Source of the DNA: Verrucomicrobiota bacterium | Lineage (GTDB): Bacteria; Verrucomicrobiota; Verrucomicrobiia; Limisphaerales; AAA164-E04 | Reading direction: 5' to 3' | DNA: 64,000 nt | NCBI GenBank assembly: GCA_047947115.1 | Contig: CP170459.1 | Coordinates: 3,200,001-3,264,000, forward strand | Shown here: positions 10,790-21,071 of the stretch, piece by piece | How the letters are laid out: the number at the start of each line of letters is the position of its first letter | Numbering within the stretch: the first letter of the stretch is position 1 | The notes under the pieces: generated by a model | What the model was told of the DNA's origin: nothing | What the model saw: the letters and a program-made list of their open reading frames with translations, nothing else | The model's database searches: none | Made by a program: the position numbers and the translations under genes

Positions 10790-12238
10790 ATGAAATGTAT
10801 CCCAACTCTTAGCTGTTCTGGCCTGCGTACATGGTCTGTCGGACCTTTCATGCTTCTTTCTTTATTGCTCCCTACGGCAGTTTCAGGGAAGGAAAACCCG
10901 TCACAAGGTCTCAAACCATGGTCTGAAAACCACTGGTATTGGGAGTATGATGGGGAACCTGTGCTCTTGGTCGGAGGGAGTGATGACGATAACTTGTTCC
11001 AGTGGCCAAAGGATCTCTTGATTGAGCAACTGGATCGTATTGCGTCGGCAGGAGGGAATCTGATCCGAAACACCATGAGTGATCGAAAAGACAAGGGATT
11101 TGAACTCTATCCTTTCAAGGAAATTACAAAAGGTCATTACGATCTGGATCAATGGAATGATGCATACTGGGACCGGTTTGATACTTTGCTCAAGGAAACG
11201 GCCAAGCGATCAATCATCGTGCAGATAGAAATTTGGGATCGGTTTGATTACACGGATTCGGGTGGTTCCAATCGTTGGCAAATCCATCCTTACAATCCAA
11301 AGAACAATGTGAACTATACCTATGCCACTTCCGGTTTTGCGGCGGAATATCCCGATCATCCGGTTGCCAACAAGCAGCCTTTCTTCTATACAACCCCTCA
11401 GCAGCGCAACAATGGCACGGTGTTGAAATATCAACGGAAATTTGTCGACAAAATGTTGGATATTTCACTGCAATTCGATCATGTGCTCTACTGCATGGAC
11501 AATGAAACCAAGGCACAACCGGAGTGGGGGGCTTACTGGGCGGGTATTGTGAAAACAAGGGCGCAACAGGATGGGAAACAGGTGTTTGTAACAGAAATGT
11601 GGGATGACTGGAATCTGAAGACGGAACGGCATCGCCAGACCTTTGATCACCCTGAACTCTACGACTTCGTGGATGTGTCTCAGAACAATCACAACAGTGG
11701 ACGTCAACATTGGGATAATTTTCTTTACGTCAAAAACTACCTTTCCAAACGTCCGCGTCCAATCAATACCACCAAAACATACGGCGCAACTGGTAACAAA
11801 TTTGGTCACACCGATCAGGACGCCATCGAACGGATCTGGCGGCACCTTTTGGCAGGTGCTGCTTCAGTGCGATTTCATCGTCCTGATTCTGGACTCGGTA
11901 TCAATGACAAAGCGGTCGCCTGCATCAAGGCAGTTCGTTTGGTTGAGAGCGAGGTGGGATTCTGGAGTTTGTCTCCGGCTATGGATCGTATCCATACTCA
12001 GGGAGACAACCATGCGTTTGCTGCAGCATCGGGCAATAGGACGCTGATTGTGTTTATTACGGGACAACACGAGGTTGAGTTGAGAGGCATGCGGCCATTA
12101 GCAACGCGAACTTTTCAGTGGTTTGATGTGGACTCAGGACTTGAGGATTCCTCTTATCTATACAAAGGGAGCATGATAAAATCCATCAAACCGCCGCGAA
12201 AAGGTAACTGGGTCGCGATCATTATCGATTTAGAATAG
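10790..12238 (+). CDS. putative secreted TIM-barrel glycoside hydrolase-like protein
   Basis: Signal peptide; ENHWYWEYDGEPVLL, YWDRFD..L, IVQIEIWD, MDNE (clan GH-A-like NE motif); family not resolved. Confidence 0.6.
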   Translation: MKCIPTLSCSGLRTWSVGPFMLLSLLLPTAVSGKENPSQGLKPWSENHWYWEYDGEPVLLVGGSDDDNLFQWPKDLLIEQLDRIASAGGNLIRNTMSDRKDKGFELYPFKEITKGHYDLDQWNDAYWDRFDTLLKETAKRSIIVQIEIWDRFDYTDSGGSNRWQIHPYNPKNNVNYTYATSGFAAEYPDHPVANKQPFFYTTPQQRNNGTVLKYQRKFVDKMLDISLQFDHVLYCMDNETKAQPEWGAYWAGIVKTRAQQDGKQVFVTEMWDDWNLKTERHRQTFDHPELYDFVDVSQNNHNSGRQHWDNFLYVKNYLSKRPRPINTTKTYGATGNKFGHTDQDAIERIWRHLLAGAASVRFHRPDSGLGINDKAVACIKAVRLVESEVGFWSLSPAMDRIHTQGDNHAFAAASGNRTLIVFITGQHEVELRGMRPLATRTFQWFDVDSGLEDSSYLYKGSMIKSIKPPRKGNWVAIIIDLE

Positions 12239-12348
12239 TAACATTCTGCTCAAAAAGCTGTTGGACAGCACATCACGAACCAGCAGGATAGAGCTGAAGC
12301 TGGAGCCTATGGGCGCGCATGATAATGGTTAATCAACGGGTGTTGAAC

Positions 12349-13899
12349 TCAGGCCATTTTGTTGTCGGCCACATGGTAGTTGGGATCCTCCATGATATTG
12401 ACCTCCACGATGTCCGCTGCTTTATCCAGCAGGTTCAGACAATCTTTGCTCAGATGGCGTAAGTGGAGTTTGGTGCCGTGATTCAGGTAACGTTCGGTGA
12501 GCGTGTTGATGGCTTCAATTCCCGAGTGATCACAGACCCTGGAATCCTTGAAATCAATGATCACATCTTCCGGATCCTCGCTTGGGTTGAACTTTTCCTG
12601 AAACTCTTTTACCGAAGCAAAGAACAACGGACCTTCCAGTAGATACATTTTGGTTCCGTGATCATTGATGGTTTCAGTGACGTGAATATGTTTGGCAGAC
12701 TTCCACGCGAACACCAGAGCGGAAACCAGCACGCCGACCAAAACAGCCAGGGCCAGGTCGGTGAAAACGGTTACGACTGAAACAAGGATGACCACAAATA
12801 AATCCTCCTTGGGAACGCGGCCATAGAGACGCAGCGAAGCCCATTCGAATGTCCCCAAAACCACCATCATCATGACACCGGTCAAGGCCGCCAGGGGAAT
12901 CATTTCGATATAACGGGAACCAACCAGGATGAAAGAAAGGAGAAAGATGGATGCCGAAATGCCCGACAGGCGTCCCCGTCCGCCCGACCTGATATTGATC
13001 ATGCTTTGACCGATCATCGCGCAACCTCCCATGCCGCCGAAGAAACCGGTCAGGATGTTGGCAGCGCCTTGTCCGATGCATTCCTTGTTGCCACGTCCAC
13101 GGGTTTCAGTCAGTTCATCAATCAGGGACATCGTCATGAGAGATTCGATCAATCCCACGGCAGCCATGATGGCTGAATATTTCCAGATGATATTCAGGGT
13201 TTCCAGGTTCATGGGAACTGTGAACCATTTCCAGGTTGGCAATCCTCCCCCGATACCGGCCAGGTCCCCCACGGTTTGGGAGTGAAAACCAGAAGTGGAT
13301 TCGATCAGGATGGTGATGCCGGTCACAGTCAGAATAGCCGCTAGAGAAGAGGGGATCGCCTTGGTGAATCTGGGAAGGAAATGGATGATCAACATGGTTA
13401 ATCCGACCAGACCAAGCATCAGGTAGAGGTCTTTGCCTGATTTCCAGGCAGCGTCAGGTGCAGTGGGATCCACGGTGAACTGCGGGATCTGAGCGAGGAA
13501 AATCACAATGGCAAGGCCGTTGACAAAACCCAGCATGACCGGATGCGGAACAAGCCGGATGAATTTCCCCAACCTGAGCAGACCAACAGCCACCTGAATC
13601 AAGCCCATGAGCACAACCGTTGGGAACAGATACTCCACCCCATGCTGCGCGACCAATGAGACGCAAACGACCGCCAGAGCGCCGGTGGCTCCGGAAATCA
13701 TGCCCGGGCGGCCGCCAAAAATGGCCGTGATCAAGCCTACGATAAACGCGGCATAAAGTCCCACCAAAGGTGCGACGCCGGCGACAAACGCAAACGCCAC
13801 AGCCTCGGGAACCAAGGCCAATGCCACGGTCAAACCGGACAACAAATCATCTTTCGCACGGAAACGCTTTCCGTACTTTCGGTATATCAAATCAAACAT
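12349..13899 (-). CDS. SulP/SLC26 anion permease with C-terminal STAS domain
   Basis: [54 protein letters not shown]. Confidence 0.93.
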   Translation of the reverse strand: MFDLIYRKYGKRFRAKDDLLSGLTVALALVPEAVAFAFVAGVAPLVGLYAAFIVGLITAIFGGRPGMISGATGALAVVCVSLVAQHGVEYLFPTVVLMGLIQVAVGLLRLGKFIRLVPHPVMLGFVNGLAIVIFLAQIPQFTVDPTAPDAAWKSGKDLYLMLGLVGLTMLIIHFLPRFTKAIPSSLAAILTVTGITILIESTSGFHSQTVGDLAGIGGGLPTWKWFTVPMNLETLNIIWKYSAIMAAVGLIESLMTMSLIDELTETRGRGNKECIGQGAANILTGFFGGMGGCAMIGQSMINIRSGGRGRLSGISASIFLLSFILVGSRYIEMIPLAALTGVMMMVVLGTFEWASLRLYGRVPKEDLFVVILVSVVTVFTDLALAVLVGVLVSALVFAWKSAKHIHVTETINDHGTKMYLLEGPLFFASVKEFQEKFNPSEDPEDVIIDFKDSRVCDHSGIEAINTLTERYLNHGTKLHLRHLSKDCLNLLDKAADIVEVNIMEDPNYHVADNKMA

Positions 13900-14083
13900 G
13901 GATATAAACTGCGAACTTACGTTGGAAGTCGAACAGAAGTTCCTTCGGGTTTGGAAGGGAGGGAGACCGTATGAAACCTGGCTCCGGAGGTCAATGGCAA
14001 TCCATGTGAAAATACCGTGACGGTTACCGCGTCATCCTCATATGATTCACAACGTGATGTAAGTTCAAGGGAAATTTTGTGGA

Positions 14084-14121
14084 ATGACAATTATTTTTCG
14101 AAGTCGAAGAATAATTGTCAT
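14084..14121. repeat. 38-bp near-perfect inverted repeat at the vapC 3' end
   Basis: ATGACAATTATTtTTCGA-AG-TCGAAgAATAATTGTCAT: 18-bp arms, one mismatch. Confidence 0.8.
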
Positions 14122-14555
14122 AGACCAGAAATTAATGGATTCCAAACTTTCGCGAATCCTAATTGACGGAAATCTTTGACATTCGCAGTGGCGAAATGAG
14201 TGACACCATGTTCCTGCAATGTATATGCCAATCGCACATCAAACAGTCGTCTTCTGGCGAAATGCTTTTCCCCGGCCTTCTTCCATACTTGATTCATGAC
14301 GCTGGCTTTTTCCACCACCGACCACTTGGGATTTGCTCGAAAGGCTTGAACTACCTGGGTAGCTTCCTTGGCCTCAACTTCTCGTCCCATCAAAATTGGG
14401 CTGCGTAACAACTGATACAGTTCCATCAGTACGAGTTCTGCAATCACAATTTCGGTTGAATCAGACCAATTCGCCAGGATTGTCTTTGCTTTGGTATGTT
14501 CTTCCATCCCTGTATGTAGGGCGTAAAATAACAGATTTGTATCTACTCCAATCAT
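14118..14555 (-). CDS. vapC: VapC family PIN-domain toxin
   Basis: MIGVDTNLL, LMELY, LFDVRLA, TANVKDF acidic PIN tetrad; starts 2 nt after the antitoxin stop. Confidence 0.88.
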   Translation of the reverse strand: MIGVDTNLLFYALHTGMEEHTKAKTILANWSDSTEIVIAELVLMELYQLLRSPILMGREVEAKEATQVVQAFRANPKWSVVEKASVMNQVWKKAGEKHFARRRLFDVRLAYTLQEHGVTHFATANVKDFRQLGFAKVWNPLISGL

Positions 14556-14557
14556 TT

Positions 14558-14821
14558 TCAGGCTTTCAGTTTGGATAGCAAGAATTCGTCTCTCATGTCG
14601 TTCTGGAAGTTTTTTAATTCCTCGGCACTTATGGGAGGTGTATTGCCGCATGCAATCTCGGGTACACTCCAACTTTCTTGACGGATGGGATTTGTGTGTG
14701 TCTCTGCCATGTATTCTAATCCACGTCTAAAGACTTCCGCCAAGGACCATTCCTTGGCTTTGGCAATCTCTTTTGCCTTGTGGTATAGCTCATCGGGAAC
14801 GGTGATTTGGGTTTTAATCAT
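14558..14821 (-). CDS. ribbon-helix-helix antitoxin (VapB-like)
   Basis: MIKTQITVPDELYHKAKEIA..SLAEVFRRGLE RHH pattern, directly upstream of the PIN gene. Confidence 0.85.
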   Translation of the reverse strand: MIKTQITVPDELYHKAKEIAKAKEWSLAEVFRRGLEYMAETHTNPIRQESWSVPEIACGNTPPISAEELKNFQNDMRDEFLLSKLKA

Positions 14822-14855
14822 GATGGCAATTTGCCACATGGTGTTTATTGGTCAA
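14822..14855 (-). promoter_or_regulatory. TA promoter with overlapping palindromic operator
   Basis: Minus strand TTGACC-N16-(TGn)CAAATT-N6-ATG; palindrome TGGCAA-n-TTGCCA (14824-14836) covers the -10 box. Confidence 0.6.
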
Positions 14856-14914
14856 GATTGATGTTCAATAATTGATTTTCGACTACGCTCACCAAACGGT
14901 GCACTGTGAGGGAC

Positions 14915-14947
14915 AAAAAAAGCCCTTTCCTGTGAAGGAAAGGGCTT
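14915..14947 (-). terminator. intrinsic terminator of fusA
   Basis: 12-bp stem AAGCCCTTTCCT/AGGAAAGGGCTT, 4-nt loop, followed by a T-tract on the minus strand. Confidence 0.9.
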
Positions 14948-14972
14948 CTGTAAAACAGGAATGCCTGAAAGA

Positions 14973-17051
14973 TTATTTCTTTTCCTTGCTGCGTTCAGCG
15001 ATGATCGCCTCGGAAACGGAATTGGGGCACTCTGAATAGTGCGAGAATTCCATGGAGAACTGGCCACGACCCGAGGTCATGGAGCGCAGGTCGCCGATGT
15101 AACCGAACATTTCGCTCAGGGGAGCTTCGGCTTTGACGCGCACACCGGTTGGTCCGTTGTCCTGACCCTGAATCATCCCGCGACGTCGGCTCAAGTCACC
15201 GATCACGTCACCCACATTGTCGTCCGGAGTGAACACGTCGATCTTCATGATCGGTTCAAGCAGCACCGGGCTCGCTTTGGGGATGGACTGACGATAGGCT
15301 GATTTGGCTGCGATTTCGAAGGCGATGGCCGATGAGTCGACTGCGTGATAAGCACCGTCCTTAAGGATAAAGCGAACATCCACCAACGGGAACTTGGCAA
15401 GGACGCCTTGGGTGATGGACAATTTGAATCCTTTTTCCACGGCAGGCCAGTATTCTCTGGGAACGTTCCCACCAACCACTTTGGATTCGAAGAAGAATCC
15501 GCTTCCGGGTTCGCCTGGTTCGATGGTGTAATCCACACGACCGAACTGACCGGAACCACCGGATTGTTTCTTGTGGGTGTAGGTGTCGTTGACTGATTTG
15601 CGAATGGTTTCGCGGTAGGCCACTTGGGGTTTGCCAACGATTACTTCCACACCATAGGTGCGCTTGAGGATGTCGACTTTAATGTCCAAGTGAAGCTCGC
15701 CCATGCCCTTCAGAATGGTTTCACCGGAATCGATATCGGTTTCCACGCGGAAAGAAGGATCTTCTGCCACCATTTTACCGAGCGCGGTGCTCAGCTTGTC
15801 GATCTGACCTTTCTCCTTGGGTTCAATGGCGATGGAAATAACCGGGTCCGGAAATACCATGGGCTCCAATGTGGCTGGATCGTCCGGATCGCACAGAGTA
15901 TGACCCGTGTGGGTGTTTTTCATACCCAGTAGAGCAACGATGTCACCTGCGCTTGCACTGTCCAGCTCTTCACGGCTGTTTGCATGCATCAACACAATTC
16001 GGCTGATTCGTTCTTCTTTGCCGGTAAAGGTGTTCAGAATGTTTTGCCCCTTCGTCATCTTGCCTGAATAGAGGCGCACAAAGGTCAGGGCACCGTATCG
16101 GTCATCCATGATTTTGAATGCCAGGGCACGCAAAGGTTTGTTGGCATCCACAATGGCGTATTTGCCGGTTTCGTTACCTTCCAGATCCACTTCAGGCTGA
16201 GGTTTGACTTCGGTTGGGCTGGGGAGGTAGTCAACCACAGCATCCAAGACCAGCTGAACACCCTTGTTCTTGAAAGACGAACCGCAATAGGTCGGGAAGA
16301 AATCCAGATTGATTGTACCCTTGCGGATGCATTTCTTGATCGTTTCGACGTCGGGTTCATTGCCTTCCAAATAGGCTTCCATGACCTCTTCATCCATTTC
16401 GACAGCCGTTTCAATCAACTCGGCGCGATATTGTTCAACCTTGTCCACCATGTCAGCAGGGACATCTTCGATCTTGTAGTGCATCGGATCGCCGGTGTTA
16501 TCCCACTTCCAAGCCTTACGGGTCAGAAGGTCAACAACCCCTTCAAATTTATCCTGTTCACCGATGGGCAGCACCATGACCAGAGGCTTGGCTGCCAGGA
16601 TGTTTTTCACCTGGTCGACGACGCGGAAGAAGTTTGCGCCGACACGGTCCAGTTTGTTGACATAAATGATTCGGGAAACTTCCGAGTCATTGGCGTAGCG
16701 CCAATTGGTTTCGGACTGGGGTTCCACACCACCAGAGCCGCAAAATACCCCGATACCTCCGTCCAATACTTTCAGAGAACGGTAAACTTCAATAGTGAAG
16801 TCCACGTGACCTGGGGTGTCGATGATGTTCAGCGTGTGGTCATTCCATATGCAAGAGGTGGCGGCTGACTGGATGGTGATGCCACGCTCTTTTTCTTGAT
16901 CCATGAAGTCAGTGGTCGCGGCGCCGTCGTGCACCTCACCGAGTTTATGGATTTTGCCGGTTAATTTGAGGATACGTTCGGTCGTCGTGGTCTTTCCGGC
17001 GTCCACGTGGGCGAAAATACCGATATTTCTGTATCGGGAGAGGTTTTGCAT
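14973..17051 (-). CDS. fusA: elongation factor G (stand-alone copy)
   Basis: [57 protein letters not shown]; start 17051 (MQNLSRY). Confidence 0.96.
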   Translation of the reverse strand: MQNLSRYRNIGIFAHVDAGKTTTTERILKLTGKIHKLGEVHDGAATTDFMDQEKERGITIQSAATSCIWNDHTLNIIDTPGHVDFTIEVYRSLKVLDGGIGVFCGSGGVEPQSETNWRYANDSEVSRIIYVNKLDRVGANFFRVVDQVKNILAAKPLVMVLPIGEQDKFEGVVDLLTRKAWKWDNTGDPMHYKIEDVPADMVDKVEQYRAELIETAVEMDEEVMEAYLEGNEPDVETIKKCIRKGTINLDFFPTYCGSSFKNKGVQLVLDAVVDYLPSPTEVKPQPEVDLEGNETGKYAIVDANKPLRALAFKIMDDRYGALTFVRLYSGKMTKGQNILNTFTGKEERISRIVLMHANSREELDSASAGDIVALLGMKNTHTGHTLCDPDDPATLEPMVFPDPVISIAIEPKEKGQIDKLSTALGKMVAEDPSFRVETDIDSGETILKGMGELHLDIKVDILKRTYGVEVIVGKPQVAYRETIRKSVNDTYTHKKQSGGSGQFGRVDYTIEPGEPGSGFFFESKVVGGNVPREYWPAVEKGFKLSITQGVLAKFPLVDVRFILKDGAYHAVDSSAIAFEIAAKSAYRQSIPKASPVLLEPIMKIDVFTPDDNVGDVIGDLSRRRGMIQGQDNGPTGVRVKAEAPLSEMFGYIGDLRSMTSGRGQFSMEFSHYSECPNSVSEAIIAERSKEKK

Positions 17052-17545
17052 TTTTATCTTTCTGTTTCCTAAGTCCAGCGACATATAGTGTCGCAAGCGG
17101 ACCTTGGTATAGATTATTCAGGATTTTGCAATGTTAGATTTACTTTTTTTCCGTTTTTTTCAATCCCTACCCCGTTTTTTTCACGACCTCACGTGAGGAG
17201 GAATGTGGCCGGAAATAGATCCGGTGAACCATTTCGTAAACAGCAATTAGAAAAATCCGATGAATGGTTTCTGAAATGTGGCTGGACTCCTGTGATTCAG
17301 CATGAGGAAAGGTTCGGGCTTTGCTGCATTGAGAACAGGAACATCGATAAATTTAATCCTCACCCGATGACACGGAGCAACAAGCGGGATGTCAGAAAAT
17401 AAAGAAAGGACAAAGCATCATGAATTCACAGGAAATATTGATTCAAGCCTGGAGCTCGGAAATCTTTTACCAGTCTGAAAATGGAGAATCTTCCCCAAAC
17501 TTTGGTGTAGACCCAGTGTGTTTTGTAACTTGTTGAAAAAGAAAA

Positions 17546-17623
17546 TGGTCGGAGCGACAGGATTCGAACCTGCGACATCCAGCTCCCAAAGCTGGCGCTC
17601 TAGCCAAGCTGAGCTACGCTCCG
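17546..17623 (-). tRNA. tRNA-Pro (anticodon TGG)
   Basis: CGGAGCG acceptor stem, D-arm TAGCTCAGCTTGGCTAGAGC, anticodon arm CCAGC-TTTGGGA-GCTGG, GTTCGAATCC, encoded CCA. Confidence 0.97.
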
Positions 17624-17761
17624 AACCAGAGCAGGTGGCTATATGAGGGCAAAACCGGTCGCTTGCAAAGGTTTTTTTTACTTTTTCTTTCTCTTTTTTT
17701 ATTCGACTCGAAATTTGGCTTTTTTAAGGTCCTGGTGTATGGTGGTCGAGTTCAAATTCTC

Positions 17762-18421
17762 ATGATGCGTTGGTTTCCATTACTGGTATTGCTGGTCCTG
17801 GTCGGAATGATGGGGTATTTCGTGATCCCGTTCCGTCCCGAGGCCCTGGATACGCATCGTTATGACTCTCTTTTCGCCGAGGTCGGCAAGAAGTATGAGG
17901 TGGATCCCGCCCTGGTCAAGGCGGTCGCCTGGCAGGAGAGTCATCTGAATCCAGATGCCAAGGGCGGTGTGGGGGAGTTGGGACTGATGCAACTCACCGA
18001 TATGGCTTCTTTCGAGTGGGCCGATTCCGAGGGCATCAAGACCTTTACTCCGGCTCATTTGACCCATCCGCGCACCAATGCCCTTGCGGGCGCTTTTTAT
18101 CTCTCCAAGATGCTGAAGAGATACCAGGACAAGGATCGTCCTGTGGTTTATGCTTTAGCGGATTATAATGCCGGTCGTAAGGCGGTGCTGGGTTGGATGG
18201 AGGAGGCCGGCGCCACCAATAGTGTTGTCTTTCTTGAACAGATGGATTACCCCGGCACGAAGGCTTACATCCGGTCCATTCTCGAATATCACCAGGATTT
18301 TCATAGTGATTTCAATGAGATGCCTCCCCGTCCGCTTGAGCAAAGTGTTTCATCCGATTCGCTGGCTTCTCTGGACGGCCAAGTGAATCGGCCCAATGCT
18401 GCTGTGGTTTCTGCTGAGTAG
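17762..18421 (+). CDS. SLT-domain lytic transglycosylase
   Basis: N-terminal TM; VDPALVKAVAWQES, GLMQL, GAFYL, ADYNAG. Confidence 0.9.
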   Translation: MMRWFPLLVLLVLVGMMGYFVIPFRPEALDTHRYDSLFAEVGKKYEVDPALVKAVAWQESHLNPDAKGGVGELGLMQLTDMASFEWADSEGIKTFTPAHLTHPRTNALAGAFYLSKMLKRYQDKDRPVVYALADYNAGRKAVLGWMEEAGATNSVVFLEQMDYPGTKAYIRSILEYHQDFHSDFNEMPPRPLEQSVSSDSLASLDGQVNRPNAAVVSAE

Positions 18422-18683
18422 AGCGGGGTTCAAAGCGGAACCCGGTCTTGAAGGGGGGGCTTCCATCAATTTAAAATGCGCCAAGCGCAAATGACGTATC
18501 AGCCGACCATGCCGACATCGGAATTAAGCTCTCTTCATTGATGTTGAAACGCATCTTATCCCATTCAAATTCAAGTTCATATTGATCGTGGAATATGAAA
18601 CAGCCCGCTTCCCGTTGAACACGCTGGCCGATCTTGATTTTCCGTGAAAGGGACACGGTCTCGTATCCACGCATGCCAAAGTG

Positions 18684-20078
18684 TTATCGTTCCTTGACAG
18701 GCCAATGTTCCGATGGGGTGCGTTCGTGGTCCAGGAAGCGGGTTAGTTTGGCGGCTACTTCCGGGTATTGTTTGGCTAGGTTATACTGTTCTCCGGAGTC
18801 TCCTGTGAGATGAAAGAGTTGAAGGGGATCTTTCGTGCCAAGTCGAACTCCTTTCCAGTTGCCCCAGCGCACGGCTTGTTTGAAACCGCGTTCGTGGAAT
18901 TCCCAGTAGAGCATGCGATCGGATAGGTCTTGCGTCTGTCCCATGAGCGTGGGCTTTATGCTGATTCCATCCAGTGCGGCGGGTGCGTCGATGCCTGCCA
19001 GGTCTGCGGCGGTTGGGAGGAAGTCTGCGAAATACCATGCCGTGTCGTTGACCGTGCCGGCACGGATCTGATGCGGCCATCGAACGATCATGGGAACTCG
19101 TATGCCGCCGTCGTGCATGGAGCGTTTGATGCCCTGCAAGGGGCCGTTCGAATCGTTGTAGTCAGGATCGTTGCCGCCTTCCCGATGAGGACCATTGTCC
19201 GAGGTGAAGAAGACGATGGTGTGGTCGTCGATGTTTAGCTCCTCCAAAAGAGCAAATATGCGACCAATGTCTCCGTCCATGCGACTGATCATTGCCCCGT
19301 GGCCTTTCTGTGGTTCGGGCCAGTCGAGATCGCTGTAATCACCCATGTCAGGCACTTCCATACCTCTGTTCCTGGCTTCGTTGTTGGCGTGCGGAATGGT
19401 GAATGCGAGATAGAGGAAGAAGGGGTGATCCGCATTGTCACGTATGTAGGCCAAGGCTTCTTCCGCCATTAGGTCATGGCTGTAATCCACTTTATTGTCT
19501 GAGACACCGCCGCCGACCTCGTCCTCATTCGGGACGATATTGCGGAGCAAAACTTTTTTTTCATTTCGCCATAGGTGTGTCGGGTAATAATTGTGAGCGT
19601 GACGTTGATTGAGGTAACCAAAGAAGTAATCGAATCCTTGTTGATTGGGATGCCCGGTTGTCTCCGGCTCGCCCAGGCCCCATTTTCCAATGAGGGCAGT
19701 GCGGTAGTCTTTTTGTTTCAAAACTTCGGCAACGGTCACATCCTCAGGGAGCAGCGGAACCCTGGCATTGCCTCGCACACGGGTGTGTCCCGTGTGGAGT
19801 CCGGTCATCAGCACCGACCGCGATGGGGCGCAGACGGTTGATCCGGCGTAAACCTGCGTGAAGCGCATGCCCTCTGAGGCCATGGTGTCCAGATTGGGGG
19901 TGTGAATGCGCTTCTGACCGTAACAGCCCAGGTCACCCCAGCCCAGATCATCCGCCATGATGTAGATAATATTGGGGCGGTCGCTGACGGTTGCGGCCTT
20001 GGATGGGCAAACGCTGGCAACCGTCAAAATGATAGCTGCCAATGCATACGATTGCCTGATCAATTTAGCGGAGAACAT
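18684..20078 (-). CDS. arylsulfatase (formylglycine-dependent S1)
   Basis: PNIIYIMADDLG, CAPSRSVLMTG, GKWGLG, FTSDNG; signal peptide. Confidence 0.95.
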   Translation of the reverse strand: MFSAKLIRQSYALAAIILTVASVCPSKAATVSDRPNIIYIMADDLGWGDLGCYGQKRIHTPNLDTMASEGMRFTQVYAGSTVCAPSRSVLMTGLHTGHTRVRGNARVPLLPEDVTVAEVLKQKDYRTALIGKWGLGEPETTGHPNQQGFDYFFGYLNQRHAHNYYPTHLWRNEKKVLLRNIVPNEDEVGGGVSDNKVDYSHDLMAEEALAYIRDNADHPFFLYLAFTIPHANNEARNRGMEVPDMGDYSDLDWPEPQKGHGAMISRMDGDIGRIFALLEELNIDDHTIVFFTSDNGPHREGGNDPDYNDSNGPLQGIKRSMHDGGIRVPMIVRWPHQIRAGTVNDTAWYFADFLPTAADLAGIDAPAALDGISIKPTLMGQTQDLSDRMLYWEFHERGFKQAVRWGNWKGVRLGTKDPLQLFHLTGDSGEQYNLAKQYPEVAAKLTRFLDHERTPSEHWPVKER

Positions 20079-20113
20079 GAAGTCAGTGTAATCACTGCTT
20101 CAGCCAAAAACAA
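20079..20113 (-). promoter_or_regulatory. putative sigma70 promoter, leaderless sulfatase
   Basis: Minus strand TTGTTT-N17-TACACT-N6-ATG. Confidence 0.45.
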
Positions 20114-20133
20114 CCCAAGACTGGGGGGCGACC

Positions 20134-20160
20134 GGAGGGACGAGTGGCATCTCGTTCCCT
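20134..20160. repeat. REP-like intergenic hairpin
   Basis: GGAGGGACGAG-TGGCAT-CTCGTTCCCT imperfect palindrome; single copy in the window. Confidence 0.4.
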
Positions 20161-20302
20161 CAATGTCTCCTTCTGGTCTGCTGTGAAGAGGGGATGGACC
20201 GCGGGACGCCAAAGTGATTCGGCAGGCTGGGCATCTCCAGGACAGCAGGGTTTTAAAAACCAATGCTTTTTGATTGGAGCGGGGATCGCTCCCGAATTTT
20301 CG

Positions 20303-21070
20303 CTATTTACCGGCGCTCCATCCACCGTCGATGAGGAAAGGTGTGCCGGTGACAAACGATGATTCATCGCACGCCAGGTAAAGCGCTGCGGATGCGATTT
20401 CTTCCGGTTTGGCCATTCTTCCGAGTGCCTGGGTGGATGCCATTTCCTTGTAGGCTTTTTCCGGATCAGGGTATTCTTTCAGCCTGGCGGATACGAAGGG
20501 AGTTTCCACGCGACCAGGGCAGATGCAGTTGCAGCGGATGCCTTCGGCTGCGTGATCCAGGGCAATGCACTTGGTGAACCCCACAACCGCAAATTTGGTG
20601 GTGCAATAGGCAAGGCGATCTTTGACTGCCACCACTCCTCCGATGGAGGCCAGATTGATGATGTTGCCCTTTCCGCTGCCGATCATGTCTGTCAGGACCG
20701 CTTTGGTCATGTTGAACACACCCCGCACATTGACCGAATACATGCGGTCCAGATCTTCACCTTCAGTTTCAAGGAGGGTGCCCACGTGACCGATGCCGGC
20801 GTTGTTGACCAGCACGTCGATGTGACCGAATTCCTCTTGAACAGATTCGGAGACCTCGATGCATCCTTCTTCATCGGTGACATCCAGATGAATGGCCTTG
20901 GACTGTCCCCCATTTTCGATGATGGTCCCGGCTGTTTTTTGAGCCGCCGCCTCGTCCCGGTCGATGACACCCACAAAAGCACCCGCTTTGGCAAACAGAA
21001 TGGCAATGGCTTCGCCTATACCGGATCCGGCTCCGGTGACCAATGTGATCTTGTTGTCCAGACGAAACAT
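20303..21070 (-). CDS. SDR family NAD(P)-dependent oxidoreductase
   Basis: TGAGSGIG, NNAG, YCTTK, CPG.VET, DGG. Confidence 0.95.
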   Translation of the reverse strand: MFRLDNKITLVTGAGSGIGEAIAILFAKAGAFVGVIDRDEAAAQKTAGTIIENGGQSKAIHLDVTDEEGCIEVSESVQEEFGHIDVLVNNAGIGHVGTLLETEGEDLDRMYSVNVRGVFNMTKAVLTDMIGSGKGNIINLASIGGVVAVKDRLAYCTTKFAVVGFTKCIALDHAAEGIRCNCICPGRVETPFVSARLKEYPDPEKAYKEMASTQALGRMAKPEEIASAALYLACDESSFVTGTPFLIDGGWSAGK

Positions 21071-21071
21071 A

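Noticed and set aside
10432..11094. 220-aa minus-strand ORF
   Set aside because: It overlaps the better-supported plus-strand gene and has Ser/Arg-rich, non-protein-like composition.
13900..13975. Riboswitch in the SulP leader (after TTGACC-N17-TACGGT)
   Set aside because: The short leader has only weak pairing and matches no riboswitch consensus I can recognise.
18471..18674. 67-aa ORF downstream of the sulfatase
   Set aside because: No recognisable motif or ribosome-binding site; cannot be supported without a search.
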